Source: Nematocida ausubeli (Eukaryota). Taken from it: a stretch of DNA of 64,000 nt. The position numbers were made by a program, and so were the translations under genes. Every line of letters begins with the position of its first letter. Positions within the stretch are counted from its first letter, which is position 1. Under the pieces are notes generated by a model, which saw nothing but the letters and a program-made list of their open reading frames with translations, did not search any database and had not been told where the DNA came from. The stretch lies in assembly GCF_000738915.1 (NCBI RefSeq), contig NW_026515637.1, positions 372,001-436,000 of the forward strand, written 5' to 3'. This document shows, in pieces, positions 41,692 through 51,103 of this stretch.

Positions 41692-43875
41692 TTACTCCTC
41701 ACCACCTGGTACTCTGTCTGGGTTTAGGAGTGTTCCTGGCCTGAACGTGAAGGGCGTGAATAATACGCCGTCTCCCTTGAAGAACTTTGATCCAAATTCT
41801 ACCCAGTGCAGCCTGAGGCTGTGCAGTGTGGCACTAAGTCCCTCCAAGCCAATTAGCAGCATAATTGTGGCACATCCCCATATTACACTCCCAAGGCACC
41901 ATGCAATTATACCTAGATCTGTGTTACCGAGTGTCTTACTGTATAAAATAGCACTAAGTTCAGCATGTGCCAATGAGACAGCCCATAACCGCAGATATGA
42001 TGATATATTTGATATCAAACCCATTGTAAATTCAATTCCTTCAATTAATGAGTGCAACCAGACATCAGCCAACGTACTTCCCTTCGGAATATTTTTATAA
42101 ATGGTCCTGTATACGGGTTCACCCAGTAGCATAATAGGCCCAGATATAAATACACTAATCATAATGAATTTCTCAATAATATTCTGGTACATGTACACGG
42201 GTACAGCAGGTGCCTTAAATGAAGACATATCAATTAGTATCGAAATAATACCAGGCCAATGATCACCACCTGTGCACCATTTCAAAATAATCAGGAATAC
42301 CATATATCCAATTAGTCCCATAAATATAACGAACTGTGGTATACGGGTGCATATAATGGAAATATTATCCTGTTTATATATGGAGTTAATTAGACCTAGG
42401 CACATTCCTGCTGTAATATGTATAAACCCCAGGACTATGCTCATTTTCATCTTGAGGGAATTTATGAAGACAGAACTATTACTGGCCAGGTGCCAGCTGT
42501 GATCAATTCCAAAGATACAGTTACCCATCTTAGTACTCCCCTTATATGCTGATAATTCCTGACCAAATGCATATCCCATGCAGTCCCCATATAAGAAGCC
42601 AAAGTATACGGCCCATATGCCCATTATAACAAGAACGTATCTGGCATTGTATAATAGACTAATCATATCTGGCATATTACTGGTTTTATTCCAACGTATA
42701 AAGAATATTCCAATTCCCATGAATATTATACCGTGTCCTACATCACCAAACATTGCCCCAAATAAGAATGGGAATGTGGTGATTGAGAGGATTGTTGGGT
42801 TAATTTCCTTATAGGCAGGTGTACTGTATACGTTAGTCAGGTCTTGAAAGCACTGTGTGATTGGGTTAGTATCAAAGTATGTGGGTTTAATTGTATTTTC
42901 ATCTGAGATTATCTCTGCTGCAGCATCTCCATGTGTTTCACTGATCTTCTTTATGAGTTGTCCAAATCTTATCTCATTTCTTGTGAGAATGAAGCCTTCT
43001 CCTGTTAGATATGCTTTATCTTGTGTTATGGATAGTTTGGATAAGGCTATTTCTATCTCTATCTCCCTGATTATGTAATATTTCCACTCTACAATTGATC
43101 TGGAGACTGTTTTAATTTCCGTTGAAAATGCATCTTCGTTGATTTTATGGAGTTTAGTCAGGTGTGACAGGTTCTCAGATACATTTAATAGGTCATTCTG
43201 TTTCTGCTGTGTCCCTGGGCTGTCGTATGTTATGATTCTGGCACTAATTCTAGTGCAAATATTTCTGACTCTTTCAATTGCTCTTTCCCCATGAGTGAAG
43301 CAAATAAAACCCATTTTATGTGGATCAGTCATTTCCACTGAGACAAAGCACAAGTTCCCATGGAGTGATTTCCATAAGAAGGCTTCTAATGTGAATATTT
43401 GGTCTTTTGAGATTACGCCTGCTACGTATTCTAGGCCTACTCTGATCTTATTTGATTCAAATTCCAGGTCTTTAAATCCTTCTGTTGTTAGTCTATTTAT
43501 ATCTTGTAGTACTAATACGTCTTCTTCTAATTTCTCAATTGATTCTTTTGTGTCTTTCATGATCTGTGATAATTGTGCTATTCTGTAATAGTGCTTCTCA
43601 ATTGACTTTGAAAGTGCTTCTATGGTTGTGCTTAAGGGTGGTATATTAGTGCCCTTTATGTATGTGACTTTGCTTTCTGTGAGTTTATTTGAGAGAAATG
43701 CGATTCTGGCTAGGATTCTTTCCATATCGAGGGCGTGCTGTGACTTCTCTGTGGGTTTTTGTTTTGTCTCAATTAAGTGCAGGATATCCCTTTGTCCTAG
43801 TTCTTCTATTACATTCCTGGCTATATCTGGTGAGATGTAGAGTCTTACCATGCTTACATCTTCACTTCGAAACAT
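41692..43875 (-). CDS. VPH1: V-type H+-ATPase V0 subunit a
   Basis: 'MFRSEDV', 'YKEINP', 'TFPFLFGAMFGDVGHG', 'NSLKMKMS', 'ISNISSYLRLWAVSLAHAELS', 'LHSLRLHWVEF'. Confidence 0.96.
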   Translation of the reverse strand: MFRSEDVSMVRLYISPDIARNVIEELGQRDILHLIETKQKPTEKSQHALDMERILARIAFLSNKLTESKVTYIKGTNIPPLSTTIEALSKSIEKHYYRIAQLSQIMKDTKESIEKLEEDVLVLQDINRLTTEGFKDLEFESNKIRVGLEYVAGVISKDQIFTLEAFLWKSLHGNLCFVSVEMTDPHKMGFICFTHGERAIERVRNICTRISARIITYDSPGTQQKQNDLLNVSENLSHLTKLHKINEDAFSTEIKTVSRSIVEWKYYIIREIEIEIALSKLSITQDKAYLTGEGFILTRNEIRFGQLIKKISETHGDAAAEIISDENTIKPTYFDTNPITQCFQDLTNVYSTPAYKEINPTILSITTFPFLFGAMFGDVGHGIIFMGIGIFFIRWNKTSNMPDMISLLYNARYVLVIMGIWAVYFGFLYGDCMGYAFGQELSAYKGSTKMGNCIFGIDHSWHLASNSSVFINSLKMKMSIVLGFIHITAGMCLGLINSIYKQDNISIICTRIPQFVIFMGLIGYMVFLIILKWCTGGDHWPGIISILIDMSSFKAPAVPVYMYQNIIEKFIMISVFISGPIMLLGEPVYRTIYKNIPKGSTLADVWLHSLIEGIEFTMGLISNISSYLRLWAVSLAHAELSAILYSKTLGNTDLGIIAWCLGSVIWGCATIMLLIGLEGLSATLHSLRLHWVEFGSKFFKGDGVLFTPFTFRPGTLLNPDRVPGGEE

Positions 43876-44039
43876 TTTATTGTTTGGTGCAAAAATATTC
43901 TATTCTTATATTTATATTTAGTAAAATACAGTGGGATATTTAGGGGTTGTAAGGGGGGAGTATTGTGTTATTTTATATTATATGGATACAATGGGGGAGT
44001 ATTGGGTTACTTAGTGGAGTGGGATAAGTTGGACTATAA

Positions 44040-44400
44040 GTGAATTATTGTTGTATTTATGACTAACTTATATATACTGTTGTACTGTTATATTTAGTGT
44101 ATACTGTTATATTTCTGGTTATATACTGTTTTTCTGTTGTAGTTAGTATACTCCTGTTGTAATTAGTATATACTGTTGTATTTATAACTAACTTATATAT
44201 CCTGTTGTAATTGGTCTATACTGTTACACTTAGTATATACTGTTGTTCTGTTACACTTAGCCTATACTGTTGTTTTGTTGTAGTTAGTATACTCCTGTTG
44301 TAATTAGTAATATCCCGTTGTACTTAGTCTATTCCCACTATACTTAGTCATATCCCGCTGTACTTAGTCTATACCCATAATATCCCACTACAATTAGTCT
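44040..44400. repeat. Family B array (CTGTTGTAATTAGT)
   Basis: Repeated ctgttgtaattagt / ctgttgtagttagt / tactgtt units. Confidence 0.8.
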
Positions 44401-44430
44401 ATATATTATATATATTTTTATAATTAATTA

Positions 44431-44916
44431 ATGAGACTAGTTATTACAACAGGATCATTTGGCTTTAATCAGTTAATAGATCGTATTATATTGTCAATTG
44501 ACATAATTAGTCTACAATATAACGAGATATATATACAGTACGGTATGAAAGAACCAGAATCATTGAAGAATTTGTGCTTGGATGGGATTCCTGTTAGAAT
44601 ACATAAAGTACGTTATTATTCTGATATAAATGAGTTTGTGATGGGTGCAGATTTAATTATAACGCATGGTGGTACTGGGACTGTTATTTCCTTATTGGGA
44701 AATACTTCCTTATTAGGAAATATTCCATTTATAGTAATACCCAATAAGGAATTAATTAATAATCATCAGGTGGAATATTGTGATAGTATATCTAGTGATA
44801 TATTTGTGTCTGACTTGGATTCTGTTGTGAATGACATCCTCAAGGGGGGAGTACAGAAGAGACGGCTTGGTCTGTCAGAGTCACTGTGGGCCGAGGAGAT
44901 CATGCCTTATTTGTGA
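44431..44916 (+). CDS. ALG13: UDP-GlcNAc transferase subunit Alg13 (GT28 C-terminal domain)
   Basis: 'VITTGSFGFNQLI', 'IQYG', 'ADLIITHGGTGTV', 'IVIPNKELINNHQVE' match Alg13. Confidence 0.85.
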   Translation: MRLVITTGSFGFNQLIDRIILSIDIISLQYNEIYIQYGMKEPESLKNLCLDGIPVRIHKVRYYSDINEFVMGADLIITHGGTGTVISLLGNTSLLGNIPFIVIPNKELINNHQVEYCDSISSDIFVSDLDSVVNDILKGGVQKRRLGLSESLWAEEIMPYL

Positions 44917-44929
44917 CTAATTATATAGG

Positions 44930-45170
44930 GCATAAATTGTGGTTAAGTGGATTAAGTCTTGTCATTGTGGGCATAAGTTGTGACAATGTGGATTAAGTTT
45001 TGTCATTGTGGATTAAGTCCTGTCAGAGTGGATTAAGTCCTGTCATTATGGACTAAGTCTTGTCAGTGCGGATTAAGTCTTGTACTAAGTATAATAAATC
45101 CTGTACTAAATGTAAAAAGTCTTGTACTAAGTGGATTAAGTTCTGCCCAAAAATTAAAAAGTCTTGCCAT
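44930..45170 (+). repeat. Family A minisatellite array (~11 units)
   Basis: gtggattaagtcttgtcatt / gtggattaagtcctgtcaga units, starting right after the ALG13 stop and a 'tgtgactaattata' motif. Confidence 0.88.
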
Positions 45171-45240
45171 ATACTCCCTACAATAAAATGAATCATCTTT
45201 ATTACCCCAATAACTATAATCTTCACTACTTACTTACGGA

Positions 45241-45312
45241 TCTCTCATGGTGTAGTGGTTATCATTCTCGCTTGTCACGCGGGGGACCAGGGTTCGATTC
45301 CCTGTGAGAGAG
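45241..45312 (+). tRNA. tRNA-Asp (GTC)
   Basis: Acceptor TCTCTCA/TGAGAGA plus discriminator G; anticodon arm CTCGC-TT GTC AC-GCGGG; T-loop GGTTCGATTCC; followed by a T-run. Confidence 0.96.
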
Positions 45313-45323
45313 TTTCCTTTTTT

Positions 45324-46472
45324 TTATTTTCCAAAAACCCAAGACTTAACAGCAAACATGCACCCAGCCATAAAAACAGAAAGTATCCCGAACTTCAAGA
45401 AACTATTAAAGTCCCCGTCGATCGAACCCTTGATCACCCTCCCATTTATGCACGTACACCAAATATCTCTCCCATTGAGCCACAGATCCGTCACGGGCGA
45501 CGTGAATATCTTTTTCCTCCATAACACACGCCCCTTCTTATACGCAATTACTTCACCCCGGCCTGTTCCCACGTAGAAGACACCCTCTGAGACAGCCACA
45601 GAAATACACATTTTCTCCAAAACATGATATATTTTGCCATCATACTGCATTGTAACCAGGGAATAGTCGTCCTTTAACTGTACTATGTAAGAATACGCCT
45701 TGTCCTGCATCTTATACCTGCTTATAGGGCCTGGTAAGACTGTTTCCTCGGCATTTTCGTATAAAGAGACTATTCCGTCTGTCTTTTCTGAATAAATTAA
45801 ATATTCATTACTTTTTCCATGTAGTGTAAGAAGTCTTGGAATATTTTCACCCTCAGTGACAGGACTTTTTGCATGTAGTGTAACAAGTTCTGGATTATTC
45901 CCCTGTTCCTCACCATTACTTTCTACACTATGTGTATTAAGTTCTGTACTTTTTTCTGGCTCTTTACCATTACTTTCTACACTATGTGTACTAAGTTCTG
46001 TACTTTTTTCTGACTCATCACCATTACTTTCTACACTATGTGTATTAAGTTCTGCACTTTTTTCTGGCTCTTTACCATTACTTTCTACACTATGTGTATT
46101 AAGTTTTGTCTTTTTCATGGCCTCCCAGATATTTAATCTCACAAGGCCATTCTTCACGTAGTAGACTCCATCTGACCCAAGGACAGCAGATGTAACACCC
46201 TCTTCTCCCCATACAGGCCCATCAATCACCCCGTCTTTTATTAAAAATACCTCAAAAAAATTAAAATATTCCACAAGAACTGCACCAGGGACAGCCCGAA
46301 GACTCAAAATAATGTCCCGCACTGTAAGGTGCATAATCTCATTGCACGCAGAGTCTAATAGAATAATCCTATTTGGGAAACCAAATAATGGATTTCCACC
46401 TCCTCCCCCTATTACCACAGACCCGTTCGAACAGACCACACTAGTCAAGGGCATTCCCTCCACATACTTCAT
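45324..46472 (-). CDS. SEC12: Sec12-like Sar1 GEF (beta-propeller + C-terminal TM) with an 18-aa repeat insertion
   Basis: N-terminal K-loop-like 'VIGGGGGNPLFGFPNRI', WD-like strands, C-terminal TM 'FGILSVFMAGCMFAV'. Confidence 0.75.
   Translation of the reverse strand: MKYVEGMPLTSVVCSNGSVVIGGGGGNPLFGFPNRIILLDSACNEIMHLTVRDIILSLRAVPGAVLVEYFNFFEVFLIKDGVIDGPVWGEEGVTSAVLGSDGVYYVKNGLVRLNIWEAMKKTKLNTHSVESNGKEPEKSAELNTHSVESNGDESEKSTELSTHSVESNGKEPEKSTELNTHSVESNGEEQGNNPELVTLHAKSPVTEGENIPRLLTLHGKSNEYLIYSEKTDGIVSLYENAEETVLPGPISRYKMQDKAYSYIVQLKDDYSLVTMQYDGKIYHVLEKMCISVAVSEGVFYVGTGRGEVIAYKKGRVLWRKKIFTSPVTDLWLNGRDIWCTCINGRVIKGSIDGDFNSFLKFGILSVFMAGCMFAVKSWVFGK
45890..46110. repeat. 54-bp tandem repeat (~4 copies) inside SEC12
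   Basis: 'ccattactttctacactatgtgtattaagttctg' recurs every 54 bp; encodes LNTHSVESNGxExEKSxE. Confidence 0.9.
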
Positions 46473-46513
46473 AAATAAAAATAAACAACAAACCTATTTA
46501 TGCTATAACCACA

Positions 46514-46597
46514 GGCAAGGTGGCCGAGCGGTCTAAGGCGCTAGGTTTAGGTCCTAGTCTTCGTATGAAGGCGGGGGTTCGAATCCCCCCCTTGTCA
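46514..46597 (+). tRNA. tRNA-Leu (TAG)
   Basis: Acceptor GGCAAGG/CCTTGTC plus discriminator A; D-arm TGGCCGAGCGGTCTAAGGC; anticodon arm CTAGG-TT TAG GT-CCTAG; long variable arm; GGTTCGAATCC; TTTTT terminator. Confidence 0.96.
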
Positions 46598-46680
46598 TTT
46601 TTGCTAATTGGTCACACACCCCCAACCCATTCGTGCATCCTGCACCTTGTTTCATATGCCCCTCTTATACACCCCACGCC

Positions 46681-48759
46681 ATGCACCAGATGCACAGCTC
46701 TTTTGATATGAATAAGGACACGACTAGTTACAACAGTAATACACCCAGCATGACTAAGTACAACAGGGGCAAGGACACGACTAATTATAACGGGAGTACT
46801 AATTACAACGGGGAAAGTGCCTTGTTAAATAAAAATAACAAGGACAGCAGTACTAGTACTAATTACAACAGTAATATTAGTACTAGCTATAACAGTAATA
46901 TTAGTAGTAGTTACAACAGTGAAAGTGCCTTGTTAAATAAAAATAGCAAGAGTACGACTAATTACAACAGTAATATGACTAATTACAACGGAAGTACTAC
47001 CCTAAATAACAATAATACGACTAACTACAACAGTAGTACCCTTCACTTCTTCCTTTTCTCTTCCTCCCCAGATACATATCCTACTAAGCTGATTAACCTC
47101 CTGGAACGAAAACTATTCCAGAAGGCATCTGTGTCTTATACGCATATTAAGGAATATACTACAAAAGTGTCCGTTAAATTACTTAAAAATACAGTTATAA
47201 CAGATATATTAACTGACATTGCAGATATATCATTTATTTCACTGTATATACACGTACCCCCATACTTACTCTCTGATGAAGACACTTTCCTGTGCGAATT
47301 AGACAAGATATCCAGGGTACATTCTGGGTCACTGGAATATTCCGTACTAAAATCATATTTATCCGTTAATATATCAGATAATTACAAGAATGCCTTTAAT
47401 ATACGCACAGATATATTTAGACTAATGGAGAAAACCCTTAACAGGACACCTGTCTCCATAAATGCACCTGTCCATGGGGGAAATCTGCTGAAAACTGGGG
47501 CACATGTGTACTTTGAGAGTAAAATACTAAGTACAAAGGCAATTATAGCATACCCTTCATCAGAATATGTTAGTGCTTCTAGTTTATCTGATAAATTATA
47601 TGATAAGTTATTGACTGTTGATAAAATATCACTGTTCTATGCACTAACCCATTTAAGAACTGACTTAGAAGATATTCTGGTCAGGAATGAGTCATACATC
47701 ATGGAAATATCCCATTCTGATGGAACATCCATCTTGCAAGTCTCTGGTTTCTGCAAGAAATCCTTGAATGAAGCAATTATTCAGCTGGAAATTCTTTTCA
47801 TCTCCATTGTCACTATGAAAATATCTGGGATTGACAGATTCTGCGATGCAAAAGTGTTCTTGTTCACGGGACCACATGAGACCCGGGTAATCGGGAGATC
47901 GTCAGAAATCAAGAAGATCCTTCGAGATATTGATGCATCCTGCGAGATATCCGTGTACATCCCGGAGACAATTGAAGAATTCATATGCGGCAAGAAAAAT
48001 GGTAAATTACACAAAGTATCCAGAGAGAGTGACTGTGCACTTTCCATACAGCGTGATAAATTACTGGCAATTCTGATTGAAGGAAACTCATCTAATGCTG
48101 AATTTGGGCTGAAAATGATCGAAGATGAAATTCCCACTGAATTCGGGTTTTACTTGCACGAAAGACACCATAAAAGGATAATAGGATACGGAGGAAAATC
48201 AATACAAAGATTAATGAAGAAGAACGGGGTCTACATTAAATTTGAAAGTGCGACAGAATCAGGTAATAATGTGATCATCAGGACACCCACAAAGAACAAA
48301 GAGTCTTTATATAAGATGTACAAGGATGTCATGGACCTGGCAGGGGAAGCGCCTTTAATTGTGCACGGTTCCTGGTACTCCCTCTCTTTCTTTGATTTCC
48401 ATGCACTTTCCTGTGATAATTACAGGTTTAGTCTATCCTGTATGGAGGTATTCTGTAAGGAGCCTGTTGATGTAAAGTATTATCTAGTGGATAGACCAAA
48501 TCATAACGTAATTTACAAGATTGGCAGTAAATTCGTGGTTGCAAGCAATGAAATAATGCCAGGTGACAGAATTACAACTGAAATTTGGTCTAACCCAAAT
48601 TCCATGTCCAGGTACTTCTCATGGAGATATGAAGAACCCTTGTTCTGTGATAAACTCATATGGGCAAATATTAATAACCCAAAATTAAAGGGAAAGAGCT
48701 TCTCAGAGTCATGGGACAGTGCCCCCTGGAGGAGTACATTCCCAGCACACCAAGGTTAG
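46681..48759 (+). CDS. KH-domain RNA-binding protein (Mug60/YLL032C/BicC-like) with N-terminal TNYNS repeats
   Basis: KH motifs 'EEFICGKKNGKLHKV' and 'HHKRIIGYGGKSIQRLMKKNGVYIKF', then 'NVIIRTPTKN'. Confidence 0.75.
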   Translation: MHQMHSSFDMNKDTTSYNSNTPSMTKYNRGKDTTNYNGSTNYNGESALLNKNNKDSSTSTNYNSNISTSYNSNISSSYNSESALLNKNSKSTTNYNSNMTNYNGSTTLNNNNTTNYNSSTLHFFLFSSSPDTYPTKLINLLERKLFQKASVSYTHIKEYTTKVSVKLLKNTVITDILTDIADISFISLYIHVPPYLLSDEDTFLCELDKISRVHSGSLEYSVLKSYLSVNISDNYKNAFNIRTDIFRLMEKTLNRTPVSINAPVHGGNLLKTGAHVYFESKILSTKAIIAYPSSEYVSASSLSDKLYDKLLTVDKISLFYALTHLRTDLEDILVRNESYIMEISHSDGTSILQVSGFCKKSLNEAIIQLEILFISIVTMKISGIDRFCDAKVFLFTGPHETRVIGRSSEIKKILRDIDASCEISVYIPETIEEFICGKKNGKLHKVSRESDCALSIQRDKLLAILIEGNSSNAEFGLKMIEDEIPTEFGFYLHERHHKRIIGYGGKSIQRLMKKNGVYIKFESATESGNNVIIRTPTKNKESLYKMYKDVMDLAGEAPLIVHGSWYSLSFFDFHALSCDNYRFSLSCMEVFCKEPVDVKYYLVDRPNHNVIYKIGSKFVVASNEIMPGDRITTEIWSNPNSMSRYFSWRYEEPLFCDKLIWANINNPKLKGKSFSESWDSAPWRSTFPAHQG

Positions 48760-49019
48760 TCAGTATATGGTGTATATGTTATTACTACTGTAATATGTTA
48801 TTATGAATAAATTATTCTAGGTATATATAGTTATGTGAGAGTGAGTATATTAGTCTTGTTTGTATACGTGAATATTTGTCTTATTTGTTTGTTTATATAT
48901 ACAGTAGGGTTACTTGTATACGTAAGTGAGTAGGGTTACTTGTATACGTAAATAAATAGTACGTAGATGTATTTGTATACGTAGTAGGCTTAGTAGTCTT
49001 ATTTATATACGTGAATATT

Positions 49020-49425
49020 AGTCTTTTTTCTTCCCTCCCTCTCTTCTCCTCTTTTTCTTCCCTTTCTCTCTTTTTCTTTTTTTCTTTTCTTATTTATATA
49101 TGTATACGTAAATATACCTTTGTTTTTTTTATTTTTATATGTAGTATATTTATATACATATAGATCAAATAAGTGTATATATGTACAGGTTCATTATCTT
49201 ATTATAGGAGGGTAAATAAATCTATTTATTATAGAGTATTTCTATTACTTTATTATCTCTTATTATCTTCTTATTATCTTCTTTTTACAGTTATCTCTGT
49301 CTCTTTCTTATCTAATTTATTTCTTTCTTATCTATTTCCTTTTCTCTTTATCTAATTTATCTCTCTTTTATCTTTCTCTTCTATACGCCCATACTAAACT
49401 CACTTATTTCTTTTCCTTTCCTTTG
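49020..49425. repeat. Pyrimidine-rich low-complexity tract upstream of VPS45
   Basis: Long CT/TTATCT-rich runs at 49020-49090 and 49240-49420. Confidence 0.6.
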
Positions 49426-49434
49426 TTTGTTTAT

Positions 49435-50874
49435 ATGGACACCTTGCTGGCTGACATAAGAAGTGCCTTGTCCCGGGGGAATGGGATAAAGGCGCTCCTT
49501 CTGGATGAATTTACGCGTGATTCTATTAGCCCGATTATCTCGCATGCTGAATTACTTTCTTGCGACTTTTTCTTGTTTGAAATAATTAAGAATACTAGGC
49601 AGCCTATTGATGTCTCTTGCGTGGCTATTTTGAGTAAGTCTAGTGTGGATATGCTGATTAGTGAGATACAGAGGCAGACGTACCGGGAATATTATATATT
49701 TATAACGGATGAATTGAGTGATGCTGAAATTGAAAAGATCGCAAGTAATGATTCTAATGGCGTAATTAAGGAGCTTCAGGAGCTGTACTTCCCTGGGGTG
49801 CCATTCGATAATGATTTTATTATTTTAAATGGGAGTACTCCACTGGAAATAATTCATTCATTTTGTTGCTTGATTAAAGGTCTTAATTTGTCGTTGGAAA
49901 TCAGGTATCTATTCGGGTCTGAAGTGTCCTACAAGTGTGCTGACTTCATAAACCAGGTTCATCTTGGGTCTGAGAGGCCTGCTGACTTACTTATCATGGA
50001 AAGATCGATTGACTTATTTACGCCGCTGCAGTATGCATGGACGTACCAAGCCATGGCTGACGAATATTTGGAATACAAGGCGGGCATGATATCCTGGGGC
50101 GATTATAACTTGTGCACCTCGCAGGATGACAGGTTTTTTGAGGAGTGCAAATTCATGGATATTTTGTATGCAACGGAAAGACTGAAGGAGTCCTTTAAAA
50201 TGGTTAAAATATCTAGAGAATCAGTTGGTGAGTTTATATCGAATGTTAGACACAGGGCCAAGGAAAGCAACCGACTTACCATGCACCTTAAGGCAATAAC
50301 CCAAATTTCAAATATGTGCCCAGAGAATTCGGATGTATCAGAGATGATTTACGACTTAATTGAAGGAGTAGACGTGTCTCCTTTGGAGGATCCATCGGAC
50401 TCGCAGAGACTAAGGATTTCTATAATTGAATATTTATGCACTTTGACTACCTCGAAAAATATCTTCATGGCTATGTGGAAGAATCAGAAAAAACCTGTTC
50501 ACTTAAATAATTCGTACAAAAATGAAATTGAAGAGTTTTCTAATAAATTCGTAAACCCGAATATATCCATAAGAAGGCCGTCCTTTAAGAAGGACATGAG
50601 CCGTAAGCTAGAATATATCCCAGAAGTAGTCAGAATTGTGGGAGAATTGAAGAAAAAGCGGCTAAGCAAGAAAGAGTTCCCTGTTATAAGAAGAGTGCCA
50701 GGCGAGAAAAAAACTACACTTCTCTTCATGCATGGAGGGATCAGTTTTATTGAGTTTCGGGCGCTAAAGATCTTTTTTGCAGAGGAATACCCAGATGAAA
50801 AGATTTTAATTATCACAGATAAAGTCATTAGGGCAAATGATGTTATATCTGCGATTACCCCAAAAAAGAAGTAA
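49435..50874 (+). CDS. VPS45: Sec1/Munc18 family protein, Vps45-like
   Basis: 'IKALLLDEFT..ISPIISHAELL..DFFLFE', 'YREYYIF', 'LLIMERSIDLFTPLQYAWTYQAM', 'FMHGGISFIE'. Confidence 0.85.
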   Translation: MDTLLADIRSALSRGNGIKALLLDEFTRDSISPIISHAELLSCDFFLFEIIKNTRQPIDVSCVAILSKSSVDMLISEIQRQTYREYYIFITDELSDAEIEKIASNDSNGVIKELQELYFPGVPFDNDFIILNGSTPLEIIHSFCCLIKGLNLSLEIRYLFGSEVSYKCADFINQVHLGSERPADLLIMERSIDLFTPLQYAWTYQAMADEYLEYKAGMISWGDYNLCTSQDDRFFEECKFMDILYATERLKESFKMVKISRESVGEFISNVRHRAKESNRLTMHLKAITQISNMCPENSDVSEMIYDLIEGVDVSPLEDPSDSQRLRISIIEYLCTLTTSKNIFMAMWKNQKKPVHLNNSYKNEIEEFSNKFVNPNISIRRPSFKKDMSRKLEYIPEVVRIVGELKKKRLSKKEFPVIRRVPGEKKTTLLFMHGGISFIEFRALKIFFAEEYPDEKILIITDKVIRANDVISAITPKKK

Positions 50875-50934
50875 AAATATCGTATTTCATTGAGGTTTTA
50901 TGCGATTTACAGTTAATATAATTATTTTTATTTT

Positions 50935-51100
50935 AATTGTCTAGTGAGCAATATGTCTTGACAAAGTGGATTAAGTCCTGTCATTGTGGATTAAGTCTTG
51001 CACAAATATTCTTCATAACTTATTATACTATGTGTATTAAGTCCTGCATGTTTTCCTGTATATATCTACTAATTAATTTGCTCATAACTTATTACACTAT
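50935..51100 (+). repeat. Short family A array
   Basis: gtggattaagtcctg, gtggattaagtcttg, actatgtgtattaagtcctg. Confidence 0.75.
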
Positions 51101-51103
51101 GTA

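Noticed and set aside
45255..45576. Plus-strand ORFs over tRNA-Asp, and 46520-46711 over tRNA-Leu
   Set aside because: They overlap well-formed tRNA genes or the SEC12 antisense strand.
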